NCBI RefSeq assembly: GCF_006345805.1
Contig: NC_043002.1
Coordinates: 86,986,001 to 87,050,000, forward strand
Length of the DNA stretch: 64,000 bases
Reading direction: 5' to 3'
From: Octopus sinensis
Lineage: Eukaryota
The position numbers were made by a program, and so were the translations under genes. The first letter of the stretch is position 1. Each line of letters starts with the position of its first letter. Under the pieces are notes generated by a model. The model was given only the letters and a program-made list of their open reading frames with translations. It had not been told where the DNA came from and made no database searches. Positions 12,800 to 25,290 of this stretch are shown here, one piece after another.

Positions 12800-13245
12800 T
12801 ATATATATATATATAATATATATATATTATATTATATATATTATATATATATATATATATATATCAATATATATATATATATACATATATTATATATATA
12901 TATATATTGTATATATATTTAATATAAATAATATATAAATATATGCATATATACATACATATGAGTATATGCCTACATATATATGTGTATATACATACAT
13001 ATATGGGTACAGGACATTTAAAAAATGTTGAACACAATGAGAAACGAAAACACAAAAACAAAAACATAGAAACGAACTTTTTTTCGAACAACGAAAAAAA
13101 ACCCAGAGAAATGAGACATGCAACATAAAGAATATTTCCCTTCTTCAGTTGTCCCTGTTTCATTTACTCCGCGTTTTGAGTATATATGCATATATTTATA
13201 TATTATTTATATTATTTTATGATCGAACGCCACGCATCCTTTTCC

Positions 13246-13298
<53 letters not shown>

Positions 13299-13300
13299 AT
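12800..13300. repeat. (AT)n-rich microsatellites flanking a short unclassified repeat (about 12990-13190)
   Basis: Read directly. The inner segment is possibly a Penelope pseudo-LTR but is not confirmed. Confidence 0.6.
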
Positions 13301-14055
13301 ATATTGTATAAAAGATCGTGGGTATGTATGTATGTATGTATAAAAATAGGATCACATGCGGTCGTACCGTATGATAGACAGTCGCACGCGATCCCATTCT
13401 TAATAATATAAGTTACTGACTATATAATACATGCAGCGGCAATACACATAAGTTTGGAATGACAACAAGATTTCTTTTTAAGATATATACATTATTTATT
13501 TTACATATTTTACAATCATGTTTGATGTTGGAAGTTTGTAAGTGTTCGCATGTTTTTGTGTCTGTGTGTTCGTTAGGCGTAAAAGGTACTGACCAGTGAA
13601 ATGACGATGGGATTTGATTCACAGTTCATGTTGTTGGTATCGGCTTGGCAACAGGTAATAACAGATGGCTTAAGGTAGTTCTTAGAAGAAACTAGAACCC
13701 AAGAACAGATAATTGATTTACCGTTTATGAGGTACAGCGTCAGACTTCCATATCAAGATATTGCGTGTCGCAGTTGAGATTAATTGAACCACTCGTTGTG
13801 TTTATCTTTCTCTTGATATGAATATACTTCCAGACATGTTACTGTAGCCGTTTTTTCCGTGGCGAGAATTTCACCTAACCGCTATAGTTGAATCTGTAGT
13901 TGTCTCGGGTACAAATTAAATCTTCGATGTTTGTCGATTGGTTCTTGCTGCTTCTTCATCATATGTTCTGCTTGGTTATTTTTCTCTAGTTATAGATATC
14001 TTGTAACCGTTTTCTTCATGGTGATATTTCACACTAACAGTATGTTAGGTATCTG

Positions 14056-14466
14056 TAACATCTTGTATTAATGGTGGTCGCCTGCCTCGAACTGGAACTT
14101 GGTCGAGTATTCTCTGTGTGGTCAGAGACTTAGCTCTTAAAAGAACTAAAAGCCTAAAACGAGCTCTGTGGTCAGAGGTTCGCCCTGAGAAGGGCTGGAA
14201 ACCTAAGACGAATATTTTTCTGAGAAACCTTGTTTTATAAGCTTCACCAGGCTCCCAGTGAACTTCAGAAATGGAAAGCTGTGATTGGCTGCTTGGACTA
14301 TGGCGCGAAAATAAGTCGAGACATTTTGCGCCAAGTTATAACCAGCGGTGCGAGCGTAGTAGAGACCAACGTGTCAGCCAATCGAATTAGTGTTTACAAC
14401 AATGTTAAACTAGCCAAAGCTGTTTGTAATCTCGACCGAGGTCATTCTTAATACTCTTCTCAAACA
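14056..14466 (+). other. Possible solo LTR or unexplained GC-richer block
   Basis: Starts TGTAACA, ends AAACA, has repeated TCTGTGGTCAGAG-like motifs. No matching TSD found. Confidence 0.25.
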
Positions 14467-14619
14467 GTGAAGATAGCAATGAGAGACGATATTGCTACAT
14501 ATGTATAAATGGAACAAAACACAATGAAGGGCATTAAAACGTTCGGACAGATAGACGATACAAAGGTGGACAAGAGAAACAACAATTAGAAGGACAGGCA
14601 AAAAAGACGGGTCATTTTT

Positions 14620-16144
14620 GGCTTTCTTTCATCATTCATATACAACTTCCTCGACATCTCTCTTAGCATTGACCACCCCTCCCACTCTCTCACCACCTCC
14701 GCCTTCTTCAAACCCACGGATTCCCACCTCTACCGCAACTTCTCATCCTCCCATCCCTTCCACACCAAACGGGCCATCCCCTACTCCCAGTCCCTCCGCC
14801 TCCGACGCTTGTGCAGCCGTGACCAGGATTTTGAGACCCAGTCACAGTACCTGGCCCACCTGTTCAGGCATCGAGGATACCCCTCAATCCTGGTCCAGAA
14901 TGCACTTGCCCGCATTCGTCGAATCGACCGCACCACCGCCCTTTCTTCTTCCTCTCACCAACCCCCTAACCGCACCCCTTTCCCCTCCTTTTCCACCCCT
15001 TCGTCGGAGGATACTACGGGCCTTCTGTCGTCTCCAGCTTGATCCCACCACCCGCCCCATTTTCCCCAACCCACCCTTGTCCTCCTTCAAACGAGCCCGG
15101 AATCTACGCGATCTCCTGGTCCGTAGCATCTTCTCCTCTTCCCACTCGGCCCCACATGGATCCTTCTCGTGCTCCAGATCCCGTTGCAACACCTGCCCTT
15201 TCATCACTAACACCACTTCTATCACTGGTTCCAACCAACAAACTGTACTTATTAGATATTCCTTTACTTGCACTTCATCTGGCCTCATTTACTGCATTAA
15301 ATGCAACCTCTGTGGAATGCTTTATGTAGGTCAGACGGGCCGCCGACTGGCCGATCGGTTCACCGAACATCTAAGGAGTGTTCGGCTACGTTCCAACACT
15401 CCCGTTGTCCGTCACTTCCGCTTGGCCAACCATTCCCTCTCTAACATCTCTGTGATGGTCTCGCCCGACACAATGGATCCCCACAATCCAGGCTTCACGT
15501 GGAACAGCGATATATATTCAGTTTACGGACTAATATCCCGCACGGACTTAACACAGCCCCCTCCTCTTAGTGACCGCCTCTACACTTCCCACAACAAGCA
15601 ACTTTATTTCTTCTTTCTTCTCTTCTCTTTTTTTCATTTTTCATTCCTTACGTGCAATTACGTCTTTTATAGTAGATCAACTTCCTTATATTTTATTGTT
15701 TTTATAATTTTTTGTTTTATATTGTTTATAATTTATTGTTTTTATACACGAACACATACACACACATACTCACGTATCCACGAACACACATATACCTCCC
15801 ACACACCACACACAAACAACGTACATACATGCACATATACACACACATACTTCCACACACATACATACACATATATACACCCCACATACACCCACACACA
15901 CACACACGTACACAAACGTACACACACACACACACACGTACACAAACGTACACACACAAACGTACACACACACACGTACACAAACGTACACACACACACG
16001 TACACAAACGTACACACACACACAGAGGAATGCACAGAAACCTCCGAAACGTTAAACCTTCCTTTCCTGAGCGTCCAATAATACTATACTTGTTCCACGT
16101 CCTCGCGTTGTGTTTTCACTTTGTGTTTTCATGTTTGGATTAAC

Positions 16145-16148
<4 letters not shown>
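14620..16148 (+). mobile_element. 5'-truncated Penelope-like element (RT thumb plus GIY-YIG endonuclease, frameshifted)
   Basis: FLDI...KPTDSHLY...HPFHTKRAIPYSQSLRLRRLCS, then FKRARNLRDLLVRS...CSRSRCNTC...LIYCIKCNLCGMLYVGQTGRRLADRFTEH. 3' pseudo-LTR-like end at 16024-16148. Confidence 0.9.
15895..16023. repeat. CACACACGTACACAAACGTACA-type minisatellite inside the Penelope 3' region
   Basis: About five tandem 22-nt-like units read directly. Confidence 0.8.
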
Positions 16149-16188
<40 letters not shown>

Positions 16189-16189
16189 A

Positions 16190-16377
<188 letters not shown>

Positions 16378-16404
16378 CGGGGATAAATCAAGTATTTCTT
16401 CTTG

Positions 16405-16590
16405 GGGGTCGAATTCAAAGCAACTCAGTAAATTTTGATTATGACGGCAGTGTCTCATCTGTTCTAATGTATAGCTCAGAATGCTGGCGAATGGTAAAAA
16501 GAGACACGCATATAAAAAAAAAATCAATGCTTTCCACAGTGCTTGAAGAAATTCTATGAATAAACAGTGCTTCAAAACTGGTTACACTAG
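16405..16590 (+). pseudogene. Degraded RTE LINE C-terminal fragment
   Basis: VLMYSSECWRMVKRDT..KINAFH resembles the LLYGSECW...AFH..CLRKI segment of RTE ORFs. Confidence 0.55.
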
Positions 16591-17340
16591 TGTGATCGTT
16601 GAAATAATTGCCGACAGCTAAGATATTCTCAAATATTTATTAAAATTTTTGAAATTCATCTATCAGGTTAGACATTTATTACCCAAGGTAATCGTTTCGT
16701 TTCAGTTTCTAGCTGAAACAACAATCAAATGAACCTTTACATTAAAGAAAAAAAAAAGTCAATACATCAGTTAACTTGTAGTTTAACGTCGTAAAATAGT
16801 AAATTTGTTCTTAATGGAAGTTTATTGCGATATAAACCGGAAGTGACATCCCGCAACTTGATGTACACACTGAAAGTGACGTAACAATGTACTCAATACA
16901 TAAAGCAGTGAGCTGGCAGAATTGCTAGTACGCCAGTTTAAAAATGTTGACACCAGTGCGTAGTTGGTACTTAATTTATGTTTGAGAGAGAGAGAGATAG
17001 TGACAGTGTGTGTGTGTGTGTGTGTGCAAGTGTACGTGTGTATGTATCTGAATATATGTGTGTGTGTATGCGGCATGCGTCTGCTATGTTTCTTTATCAA
17101 TATCGATAACGCAGCATATGATTTGAGTTCAAATGCTGGGATTTCATTGGTTAAAATTCGAAGATGCTGGGATTTCATTGGTTAAAATTCGAAGAATTAA
17201 ACTACGTTAAAGTTACAAATTACAATTTTGTTTTCAATTTTGTTTACAATAATGTTTTCTTTTGACACATTCTACCAGTATACGAAGTTTCAAATTGTTT
17301 AGTTAACTAGAAAATTCCGTCCATCAAAAGGAAAAGATCC

Positions 17341-17977
17341 CTTTTCGGTTTGAACGGCAGTTTTTAACATAATTTCTAGGTAACGAAAAAATTTTAAACT
17401 TCGTATAGTGGTAGAATGTGTTTATAAAACATCTTTTTCTCTTGGCTTTATTGAGAAAATTCTATGGTTTGTAAGGTATTTGTTGTTGTTTTTCTTCAAT
17501 TTCAACCAATCGATGACGTCCATTGAGTTAAAAAGCATTTTGTGCCGTAGGAATATGTCCCTCGTTTAAGAAACAGATTGGGTTTATTTACATTTTTCAA
17601 ACGGTGTCATATGAAATTGTCACCCATAATTATGACCCTAGTATTGATTTATTGCGTTTCAATCTGTTTTAGGGTTAGGGTGGGCGGGGGGGGGTATCTT
17701 TTTTCTTCACAAATGTAAATAAACCCAATCTGTTTATTAAACGAGGACGTATTCATACGGCACAATGTTTTTTTTTACCTCAATACACGTCACTGATTGG
17801 TTGAAATTGCAGAAATTGAAGAAAAAAACAACAAATATCTTACAAACTATAGAATTTTCTCAATAAAGCCAAGAGAAAAATTTGTTTTATAAATACATTC
17901 TACCAGTATACGAAGTTTAAAATTTTTTAGTTACTTAGAAATTATGTTAAAAACTGCCGTTCAAACCGAAAAGATCC
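17341..17977. mobile_element. Inverted dimer of two partial Merlin-type MITEs
   Basis: Plus-orientation copy 17341-17595 is fused to a minus-orientation copy 17601-17977, giving about 250-bp inverted arms. Confidence 0.8.
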
Positions 17978-19344
17978 TTTGATTTTCTTTTATTTTAATT
18001 TCCTTCACTTACTTGTTGTTACTTTGTTCAATAACAAATTACTTTCATTAAAAAAAATGCCTAGAATTTTTTTTCAAGTGGTGTAAACTATGTTATTTCA
18101 AACGTACAAAAAAAGAAAAAATCCAATTATGTAAAAAAATATAAAAGCTGATGAAAACAGGGTAGAGGCCCAAAAAGCGTGTGTGGGTGGAATTTTGAAT
18201 TTTTTCTGAAAAATTAGAATCTCAGATGTTGACAACTTCAGTCTGAAATAAGTATCGACTAAAGTCAAAACTAAAAAAAAAAAAAAATGAAGAAGAGGAA
18301 AAGGGTAGTGACACACTTCTTTTCAGAATCCTAGTCTACGATACCTAGAACACACATATTTCAAAATTATAACTCTTCATGACTTCCGATTCAATTCCCT
18401 GCGTGTGCGTGTGCCTGTATCCGTACAGTTTCTGTCTATCAAATTTCTCCTCTCGAACTCTTACCCAAAAAACTACAATGTTAGCTAATAGAATATTTTG
18501 CACAGTATATTTTCTTTTCGTCAACTATTCTTATTTAAAGAAGACAGGTAATTTCCGACATCAAATTAAACTATTGTTTGGTTATTACATAACCAAAAAG
18601 TATTGGTAATTGTATTGGTGTTGAATTTGGTTTCGTTTTCCATCAAACATTTCACTTTTTTTGCACTTTCGCTTGAACGCTGTCCACCTACAATAGCTGC
18701 ACATAAAAAAAAAAAAAACTAGAACATTTATTTCAAAACAATTGTAAGGCGACAAAGGATAAAAATCAAAGCGATTATGAATATGAACTAATAATAGCAA
18801 AGGAAATGTTTAACATCACAAAGGATAAAGAAAAACATTTTCACGGCTTTAACTGTAAAAACAAGAGAAATTTATAAATAAAACAGGTTTAATGTCACAA
18901 AGGATAAAGATCAAAGTTAACATGCGTTTTATTTTGCTGTCGTAAAAAAAGGTGTAAGAAAAATGTCCTAAAAAAATGAAAGTTAATTGCGATAGAAACC
19001 GGAAGTGATATCAGTGACATCCCATAATTCCATGTAAAGAAAGTAACACTATGAAACGTGCATATATTTAATATAGCAGGAAAACCGTATACGTATTTTA
19101 TATAAGATGAAAACAATCACATTTACGAGAAAACAATCATTGATGCACGAAATAAGATTCGTGAATAGATTTTCACGATCTCTAAATTTGTTTCGCCACA
19201 CATGCTCATGAAGATATGTGTCTTTTTGTAAACGCAAAAAAGTTTGGTGGTGGAGAAAGAATTGGTCGAAAGAAAAAGCTGACTTCTTTTTCTTTTAATC
19301 AATTCTTTCATCACCATCAAACTAACTTTGTTTGCAACTTTACC

Positions 19345-20135
19345 AGATGACACAAGGCCTGCAATTTTGGGGGAGGGGAAAGCCAATTACATCGACTCCA
19401 GTGTTCAACTGGTACTGATTTTATCGACCCCGAAAGGATGAAAGGCAAAGTTGACCTCGGTGGAATTCGAATATCAGAAAGTAAAGACGGACGAAAAATA
19501 TATCTGTGGTGCAGAGTAGGCGCATAGCTCAGTGGTTACAGCGTCGGGCTGACAATCACAGCGTGCTAACTATTCGTATTTCTTTACTGCTCACAGAAGG
19601 GGGAAAACAAGGATAGACAAACGGATTAAGTCGATTATATCGACCCCAGTGCGTAACTGGTACTTATTTTATCAACCCTGAAAGGATGAAAGGTAAAGTC
19701 GACCTCGGCGGAATTTGAACGCAGAACGTAGCGGTAGACGAAATACCTACTTCTTTACTACCCACAAGAGGCCAAACACAGAGAGGACAAACAGATTAAG
19801 TCGATTATATCTACCCCAGTGCGTAACTGGTACTTATTTAATCGACTCCGAAAGGATGAAAGGCAAAGTTGACCTCGGCGGAATTTGAACTCAGAACGTA
19901 ACGGTAGACGAAATGCGTGCTAACGTTTCTGCTAGCTCATCGCCTTAGGAAAGTGCATCTAATACTGGTTTCAAATTATGGCACAAGGCCAGCAATATCA
20001 GGAGAGGGGTTAAGTCGATTACATCGACCCCAGTGCTCAACTGGTACTGATTTTATCGACCACAAAATGATGAAAAGCAAAGTCAACATCGGCGGAATTT
20101 GAACACAGAACGTAAAGACGGACGAAAAATACATC
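19345..20135 (-). mobile_element. Cluster of SINE family B units, including a head-to-tail dimer at about 19570-19935
   Basis: Repeated CGACCCCAGTGCGTAACTGGTACTTA...GAAAGGATGAAAGGCAAAGTCGACCTCGGCGGAATTTGAAC units. Confidence 0.85.
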
Positions 20136-20147
20136 TGCAGTGCGTAG

Positions 20148-20485
20148 CAGGCGCATGGCTCAGGGATTACAGCGTCGGGTTGACAGTCATGAGATTGTGA
20201 GTTCAGTTCCCAGACCGGGCTGCGTGTTGTGTTTATGAGCAAGACGCTTTATTTTACGTTACTCCGGATAACTCAGCAGTAGAAATGAATTGCGACGTCA
20301 TTGGTGCCAAGCTGTATCGGCCTTTGTCTTTCTCTTGAACAACATCAGTGGCGTGGAGACGGGAGACTGGTTTGCCTGCGCGACTGCTGGTCTTCTGCAA
20401 AATACCTTACCCGGACTGGTGCCTCAGTAGGGAATTCTTTTAGGTGCAATCCAATAGTAATTTGTGTCCGAAGTGGCTCCTTTTA
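20148..20485 (+). mobile_element. tRNA-headed SINE, separate family
   Basis: Box A-like GGCGCATGGCTCAGGG and Box B-like GAGTTCAGTTCC, then GTGTTTATGAGCAAGACGCTT. A truncated head of the same family lies at about 19517-19550. Confidence 0.65.
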
Positions 20486-20568
20486 GCGCCCAATAAGTGT
20501 TTCGCGAGTTCGATATAAGTTTACATCCGTGGTGATTGATTTTAATTTAAATGTTAAGAACATTCAAC

Positions 20569-20987
20569 GGATCTTTTCGATTTGAACGGCGGTTTTTTCT
20601 AGCGGTGTCATATGAAATTGTCACCCATAATTATGACCCTAGAATCGATCTATTGCATTTCAATCTCTTTTAGAGTTAGGGTTAGGGGTGGGGGAAGGGT
20701 ATCATTTTTTTCTTCACAAATGTAAATAAACCCAATCTGTTTCTTAAACGAGGGACATATTCATACGGCACAGAATGCTTTTTAACTCAATAGACGTCAC
20801 TGATTGGTTGAAATTGCAGAAATTGAAGAAAAAAACAACAACAAATATCATACAAACTATAGAATTTTCTCAATAAAGCCAAGAGAAAAAGATGTTTTAT
20901 AAACACATTCTACCAGTATACGAAGTTTAGAATTTTTTAGTTACCTAGAAATTATGTTAAAAACTGCCGTTCAAACCGAAAAGATCC
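20569..20987 (-). mobile_element. Merlin-type MITE copy
   Basis: Both TIRs present, internal TTAGGG run, CpGs intact. No TSD visible. Confidence 0.85.
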
Positions 20988-21545
20988 AAGCGCAGAAATA
21001 AACGGTGCTGTGGCAGAATGTTTCATCCTTTTTGTATTTTAGATATTATGGTGTAGTTTAAGGAAATATTTGGCTACTATTTCAAGCACGTAAAGGTTTT
21101 GTGCGTGGTGATCTCCATGGCAATAGAGATCAACACTAACAAAATATCAACAATTGAGGCATACGATTGGCTAAAATTATATTACTTTAAGTGCTTGTAA
21201 CTTTTTTGTTATTAATTTCTACAAAAAATACGATTTTCGTCATCAGCATACAAAACTACAGCAGAACTATACTTTATGAAAATAATGTGGAGAAAATTTG
21301 AAAAACTTCGAGTGATTGGTAGAAATTTAACAAGATTCCAACTTGTATCAAAAATTGAAACATGCTTCAACTAAACCTCTTAATCAGCAAAAGTTTTGCC
21401 AGATAATCGTCGCACAAATCACGTCTTGATTAATTCATTAACTATTAATTTGCCTCTGACTATAGCGTTAAGCTTGTTCAAAGTGGAATTCGTTAGGAAA
21501 AGAAACAAACAAAAAAAACAAACTGTTAGGAGTGATGCAAAACTG

Positions 21546-21958
21546 GGATCTTTTCGGTTTGAACGACAGTTTTTTCTAGCGGTGTCATATGAAATTGTCA
21601 CCCATAATTATGACACTAGAATCGATCTATTGCATTTCAATCTATTTTAGGGTTAGGGTTAGTGTGGGGGAAGGGTATCTTTTTTTCTTCACAAATGTAA
21701 ATAAACCCAATCTGTTTCTTAAACGAGAGACATATTCATACGGCACAGAATGCTTTTTACCTCAATAGACGTCAGTGATTGGTTGAAATTGCAGAAATTG
21801 AAGAAAAAAACAACAAATATCTTACAAACTATAGAATTTTCTCAATAAAGCCAAGAGAAAAAGATGTTTTATAAACACATTCTACCAGTATACGAAGTTT
21901 AGAATTTTTAGTTACCTAGAAATTATGTTAAAAACTGCCGTTCAAACCGAAAAGATTC
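21546..21958 (-). mobile_element. Merlin-type MITE copy
   Basis: Both TIRs present, internal TTAGGG run. No TSD visible. Confidence 0.85.
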
Positions 21959-22424
21959 ATATCATCTTTAGGATCTCATTATCTAAGTGGGTTTCTTAAT
22001 TTTTTTTTTTAATTTAAAGACGGTATGAGGAATCTTGCTATTTTAGCAGATCGAGTGGTGGAGCAAAATTGACCGGGAACTGAACAATATTTACTGAAAT
22101 TATCGAGAAACGTTAAAATTACTGTTATGTTACGACCGATAGATGTGGCAAGTTGAATGGAGAAATTACATCCTGCTTCTTTTTTGTTTTCAAATAGTGT
22201 CCTCTGTGTTTTAAATAAACGGGCATACAAAAAAAAAAAAAAAAAAGAAAGAAAGAAAAAAAATGAAGGCTTGGCTAGAAAGAAATTTTATATGGTTCCG
22301 GACAAAAAAATCAAATTAAACAATAAAAAAGCCATGTCACAACAAAAGATTTGATGTCGCTTACATGTTATTTCAATATAGCTTTATGCGGACGTTTAAA
22401 TTAATTAAAATTTGTATCTTTATT

Positions 22425-22632
22425 ATCCACAAAGGGCTAAACATAGAGGGACAAATAGATTAAGTCGATTACATCGACCCCAGTGCGTAACTGGTACTTA
22501 ATTTATTGACCTCGAAAGGATGAAAGGCAAAGTCGACCTCGACGGAATTTGAACTAAGAACGTTTTGGCAGACGAAATACTGCTACGCATTTCGCCCGGC
22601 GTGCTAACGGTTCTGCCAGCTCGCCGCCTTTT
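22425..22632 (-). mobile_element. SINE family B copy
   Basis: Includes the head (reverse complement AGGCGGCGAGCTGGCAGAACCGTTAGCACGCCGGGCGAAATGCGTAG). Confidence 0.85.
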
Positions 22633-22697
22633 AAATTAATTAAAATGTATATATGAAAGTCAGGTGTTTGCAATTTTGTATGTATGTATGTATGTAT

Positions 22698-22811
22698 GTA
22701 TGTATGTATGTATGTATGTATGTATGTATGTATGTATGTATTGCGTATGACATTAATGTCATACGCAAGACATACATACATACATACATACATACATACA
22801 TACATACATAC
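22698..22811. repeat. Spacer-less palindrome (TATG)n-core-(CATA)n
   Basis: Perfect 28-bp core TTGCGTATGACATTAATGTCATACGCAA at 22741-22768 with complementary microsatellite arms. Confidence 0.9.
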
Positions 22812-22869
22812 TCTTATAAACCAATAACAATGAACAATTTTGCATTACAAGGTTCTATATTGAAAACAG

Positions 22870-23283
22870 TCTTTTTTAGTCTTTTACTTGTTTCAGTCAT
22901 TTGACTGCGGCCATGCTGGAGCACCACCTTTAGTCGAGCAAATCGATCCCAGGACTTATTCTTTGTAAGCCTAGTACTTATTCTATCGGTCTCTTTTTGC
23001 CGAACCGCTAAGTTACGGGGACGTGAACACACCAGCATCGGTTGTCAAGCGATGTTGGGGGAGGGGGACAAACACAAACACAAGCACACACACACACGTA
23101 TATATATATACATATACATATATACGACATGCTTCTTTCAGTTTCCGTCTACCAAATCCCCTCACAAGGATCTGGTCTGCTCGAGGCTATAGTAGAAGAC
23201 ACTTGCCCAAGGTTCCACGCAGTGGGACGGAACCCGGAACCATGTGGTTGGTTAGCAAGCTACTTACCACACAGCCACTCCTG
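22870..23283 (-). mobile_element. SINE family A, full length
   Basis: Head, core and tail GGTGCTCCAGCATGGCCGCAGTCAAATGACTGAAACAAGTAAAAG all present. Confidence 0.9.
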
Positions 23284-23344
23284 AAGTTAATAACATCAAA
23301 TAATTTGGTACACACATACTATTTATATATATCATCAGTGCAAC

Positions 23345-24771
23345 CTCTGTGTCTAGCGTGACGCAGCTAGAGCAGACACATTAGGTTCAAAATTACTCAT
23401 CTTTAACTGCAAGTTACTTCGCTTGATTATGTCCAGCCTATTTTTACTTTTAGACAACAAGTCATTAACGTGGCTGAAACCAGCTTCTGCCGGGTAGGAC
23501 ACTGGGTTGTTATACCAAACTGGAACAGGTAATGTGATAATATCCTTGAGATCGCTGCACCATGTCATCATGCAATGATAGCAAATAATCTCTATACGTA
23601 ATGATATCTTTATCAACCAATTCATCTTTCAAGCAATTCATTTTGGCCGAGTTGACGTCTTGAAACTTTCATCTTATATAGCGTTAATTTAGAAATTTGC
23701 AGGTGATTATCGTTTTTTGCTTTCCTTGCAATAACGTACTGAGATCATTTAGTTTGGTGAATATATCACTAAAGAGAAAAAATATCACATTGTAACATTT
23801 TGAAGCAATGAGAAAAGTGGGTCGTGGAGTCTTTTTTTTTTGTTTTTTTAAAAATATTATTGTATCAAACAGTGTAACAAAACAAACAATACAGTTGCCT
23901 TTTGACAACCGTCGTCTGATTCATCATCATTATCAAGGCACAGTTGACGAAAAATTCGTTTAGACAAAGAATTCGATTTTAGCTCATTCACAGTTTTAAT
24001 ATCTAACTGCAGTACATCACTAAGCCTGCTGTTGATATTTTTTAAACACTAAATGCTGCTAGTAAGCCACTCAGAGAACTGTTAAAACTGGATGCAAAAG
24101 TTCAAGTTTTCAGAGAAAAGCGAAACCGCTGTATCTACCTAGCTTCCATAGCAGGTGTTCTATCAGATGCACAGGCAACAATATTGTTCAATGGGATCTT
24201 ATGCTCATTAAAAAACAGCTTCAATAAATCTAAAATAGACTTTCCTTTATAGTCAAGCAGTGAATATCAGTGAATATCATCTCAAATGCTTGAATGTTTT
24301 CATTAAAAAAAAAATCCACCATCATTAAGCATTAACTTCCTACAGTTGTCGCTTCGTCAACTTGTACGGAAAATTCAGAACTCCGGAGATTATGGATGCG
24401 TTGATGTTTGACGTGGGTGGTTATTTCATCTATATGTCGAGAAATTGTGTTATTACTAAGTGGAACCGTCTTGATAATTTTATTTTATTTTATTTTTTAT
24501 GCATTACAGTCAAGGGAATATCTTCAATAACAAACCCAAGTAATGTTTTTTCTGTTGTGTGGGACTTTCCGGCCTTTGAGGCCAGTAACTCAGTGTTGTA
24601 TGACGCAATCATCTCGATATCCTGCTGCACAGTTGCTTTCTGAAATTCCGGTATCAATGTTTTCCCACTTTTTAAATGATATCTTAAGTTGAGAGAAATA
24701 TGACAAAGGTTTTTTCCTTCTGATACTTTCATAGCTTCGTTGCTTAAAGTTTGGTCGCTCTTAAGACACAT
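23345..24771 (-). pseudogene. Degraded hAT transposase (Buster/Charlie, ZBED5/SCAND3-like)
   Basis: IASYNTELLASKAGKSHT..., IIKTVPLSNNTISRHIDE...SEFSVQVDEAT, KIPLNNIVACASD..PAM and AEAGFSHVNDLLSKSKNRLDIIKRSNLQL, broken by stops and frameshifts. Confidence 0.85.
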
Positions 24772-24827
24772 AGGTAATTGATTGCTCTAGGAGAAGCAAT
24801 AAATCTATAAGATAAATAATCGATATA

Positions 24828-24989
24828 GGCGCAGGAGTGGCTGTGTGGTAAGTAGCTTGCTTACCAACCACACGGTTCCGGGTTCAGTCCCACTGCGTAG
24901 CACCTTGGGCAAGTGTCTTCTACTATAGCCTCGGGCTGACCAAAACCTTGTGAGTGGATTTGGTAGACGGAAACTGAAAGAAGCCTGTC

Positions 24990-25060
<71 letters not shown>

Positions 25061-25290
25061 ATGTGTGTGTGTGTTTGTGTGTCTGTGTTTGTCCCCCCAA
25101 CATCACTTGACAACCGATGCTGGTATGTTTAAGTCCCTGTAACTTAGCGGTTCGGCAAAAAGAGACCGATAGAATAAGTACTAGGCTTCCAAAGAATAAG
25201 TCCTGAGGTCGATTTGCTCGACTAAAAGGCGGTGCTCCAGCATGGCCGCAGTCAAATGACTGAAACAAGTAAAAGAGTAAAAGAGTAAAG
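24828..25290 (+). mobile_element. SINE family A, full length
   Basis: GGCGCAGGAGTGGCTGTGTGG head through (GTAAAAGA)n tail, with an internal (AT)n expansion. Confidence 0.9.

Noticed and set aside
12990-13190. Hammerhead on the minus strand (CTGAAGA...)
   Set aside because: No complementary stem II followed by GAAA could be found.
16024-16065. Hammerhead in the 3' end of the first Penelope
   Set aside because: GAAAC is present but the CUGAnGA core and stem II are degenerate.
14618-16081. 487-aa ORF as a host gene
   Set aside because: Only its middle (GIY-YIG) is real Penelope coding. The N-terminus is the off-frame RT thumb and the C-terminus is microsatellite.
17133-17195. Short tandem duplications (also about 8130-8200 and 31191-31214)
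   Set aside because: Ordinary slippage duplications with no further structure.
18013-18060. Strong minus-strand donor GTAAGTG at 18012-18006
   Set aside because: No convincing acceptor or reading frame upstream.
20569-21958. Two same-orientation MITEs as a composite transposon
   Set aside because: Outer flanks (cattcaac and atatcatc) do not form a TSD.
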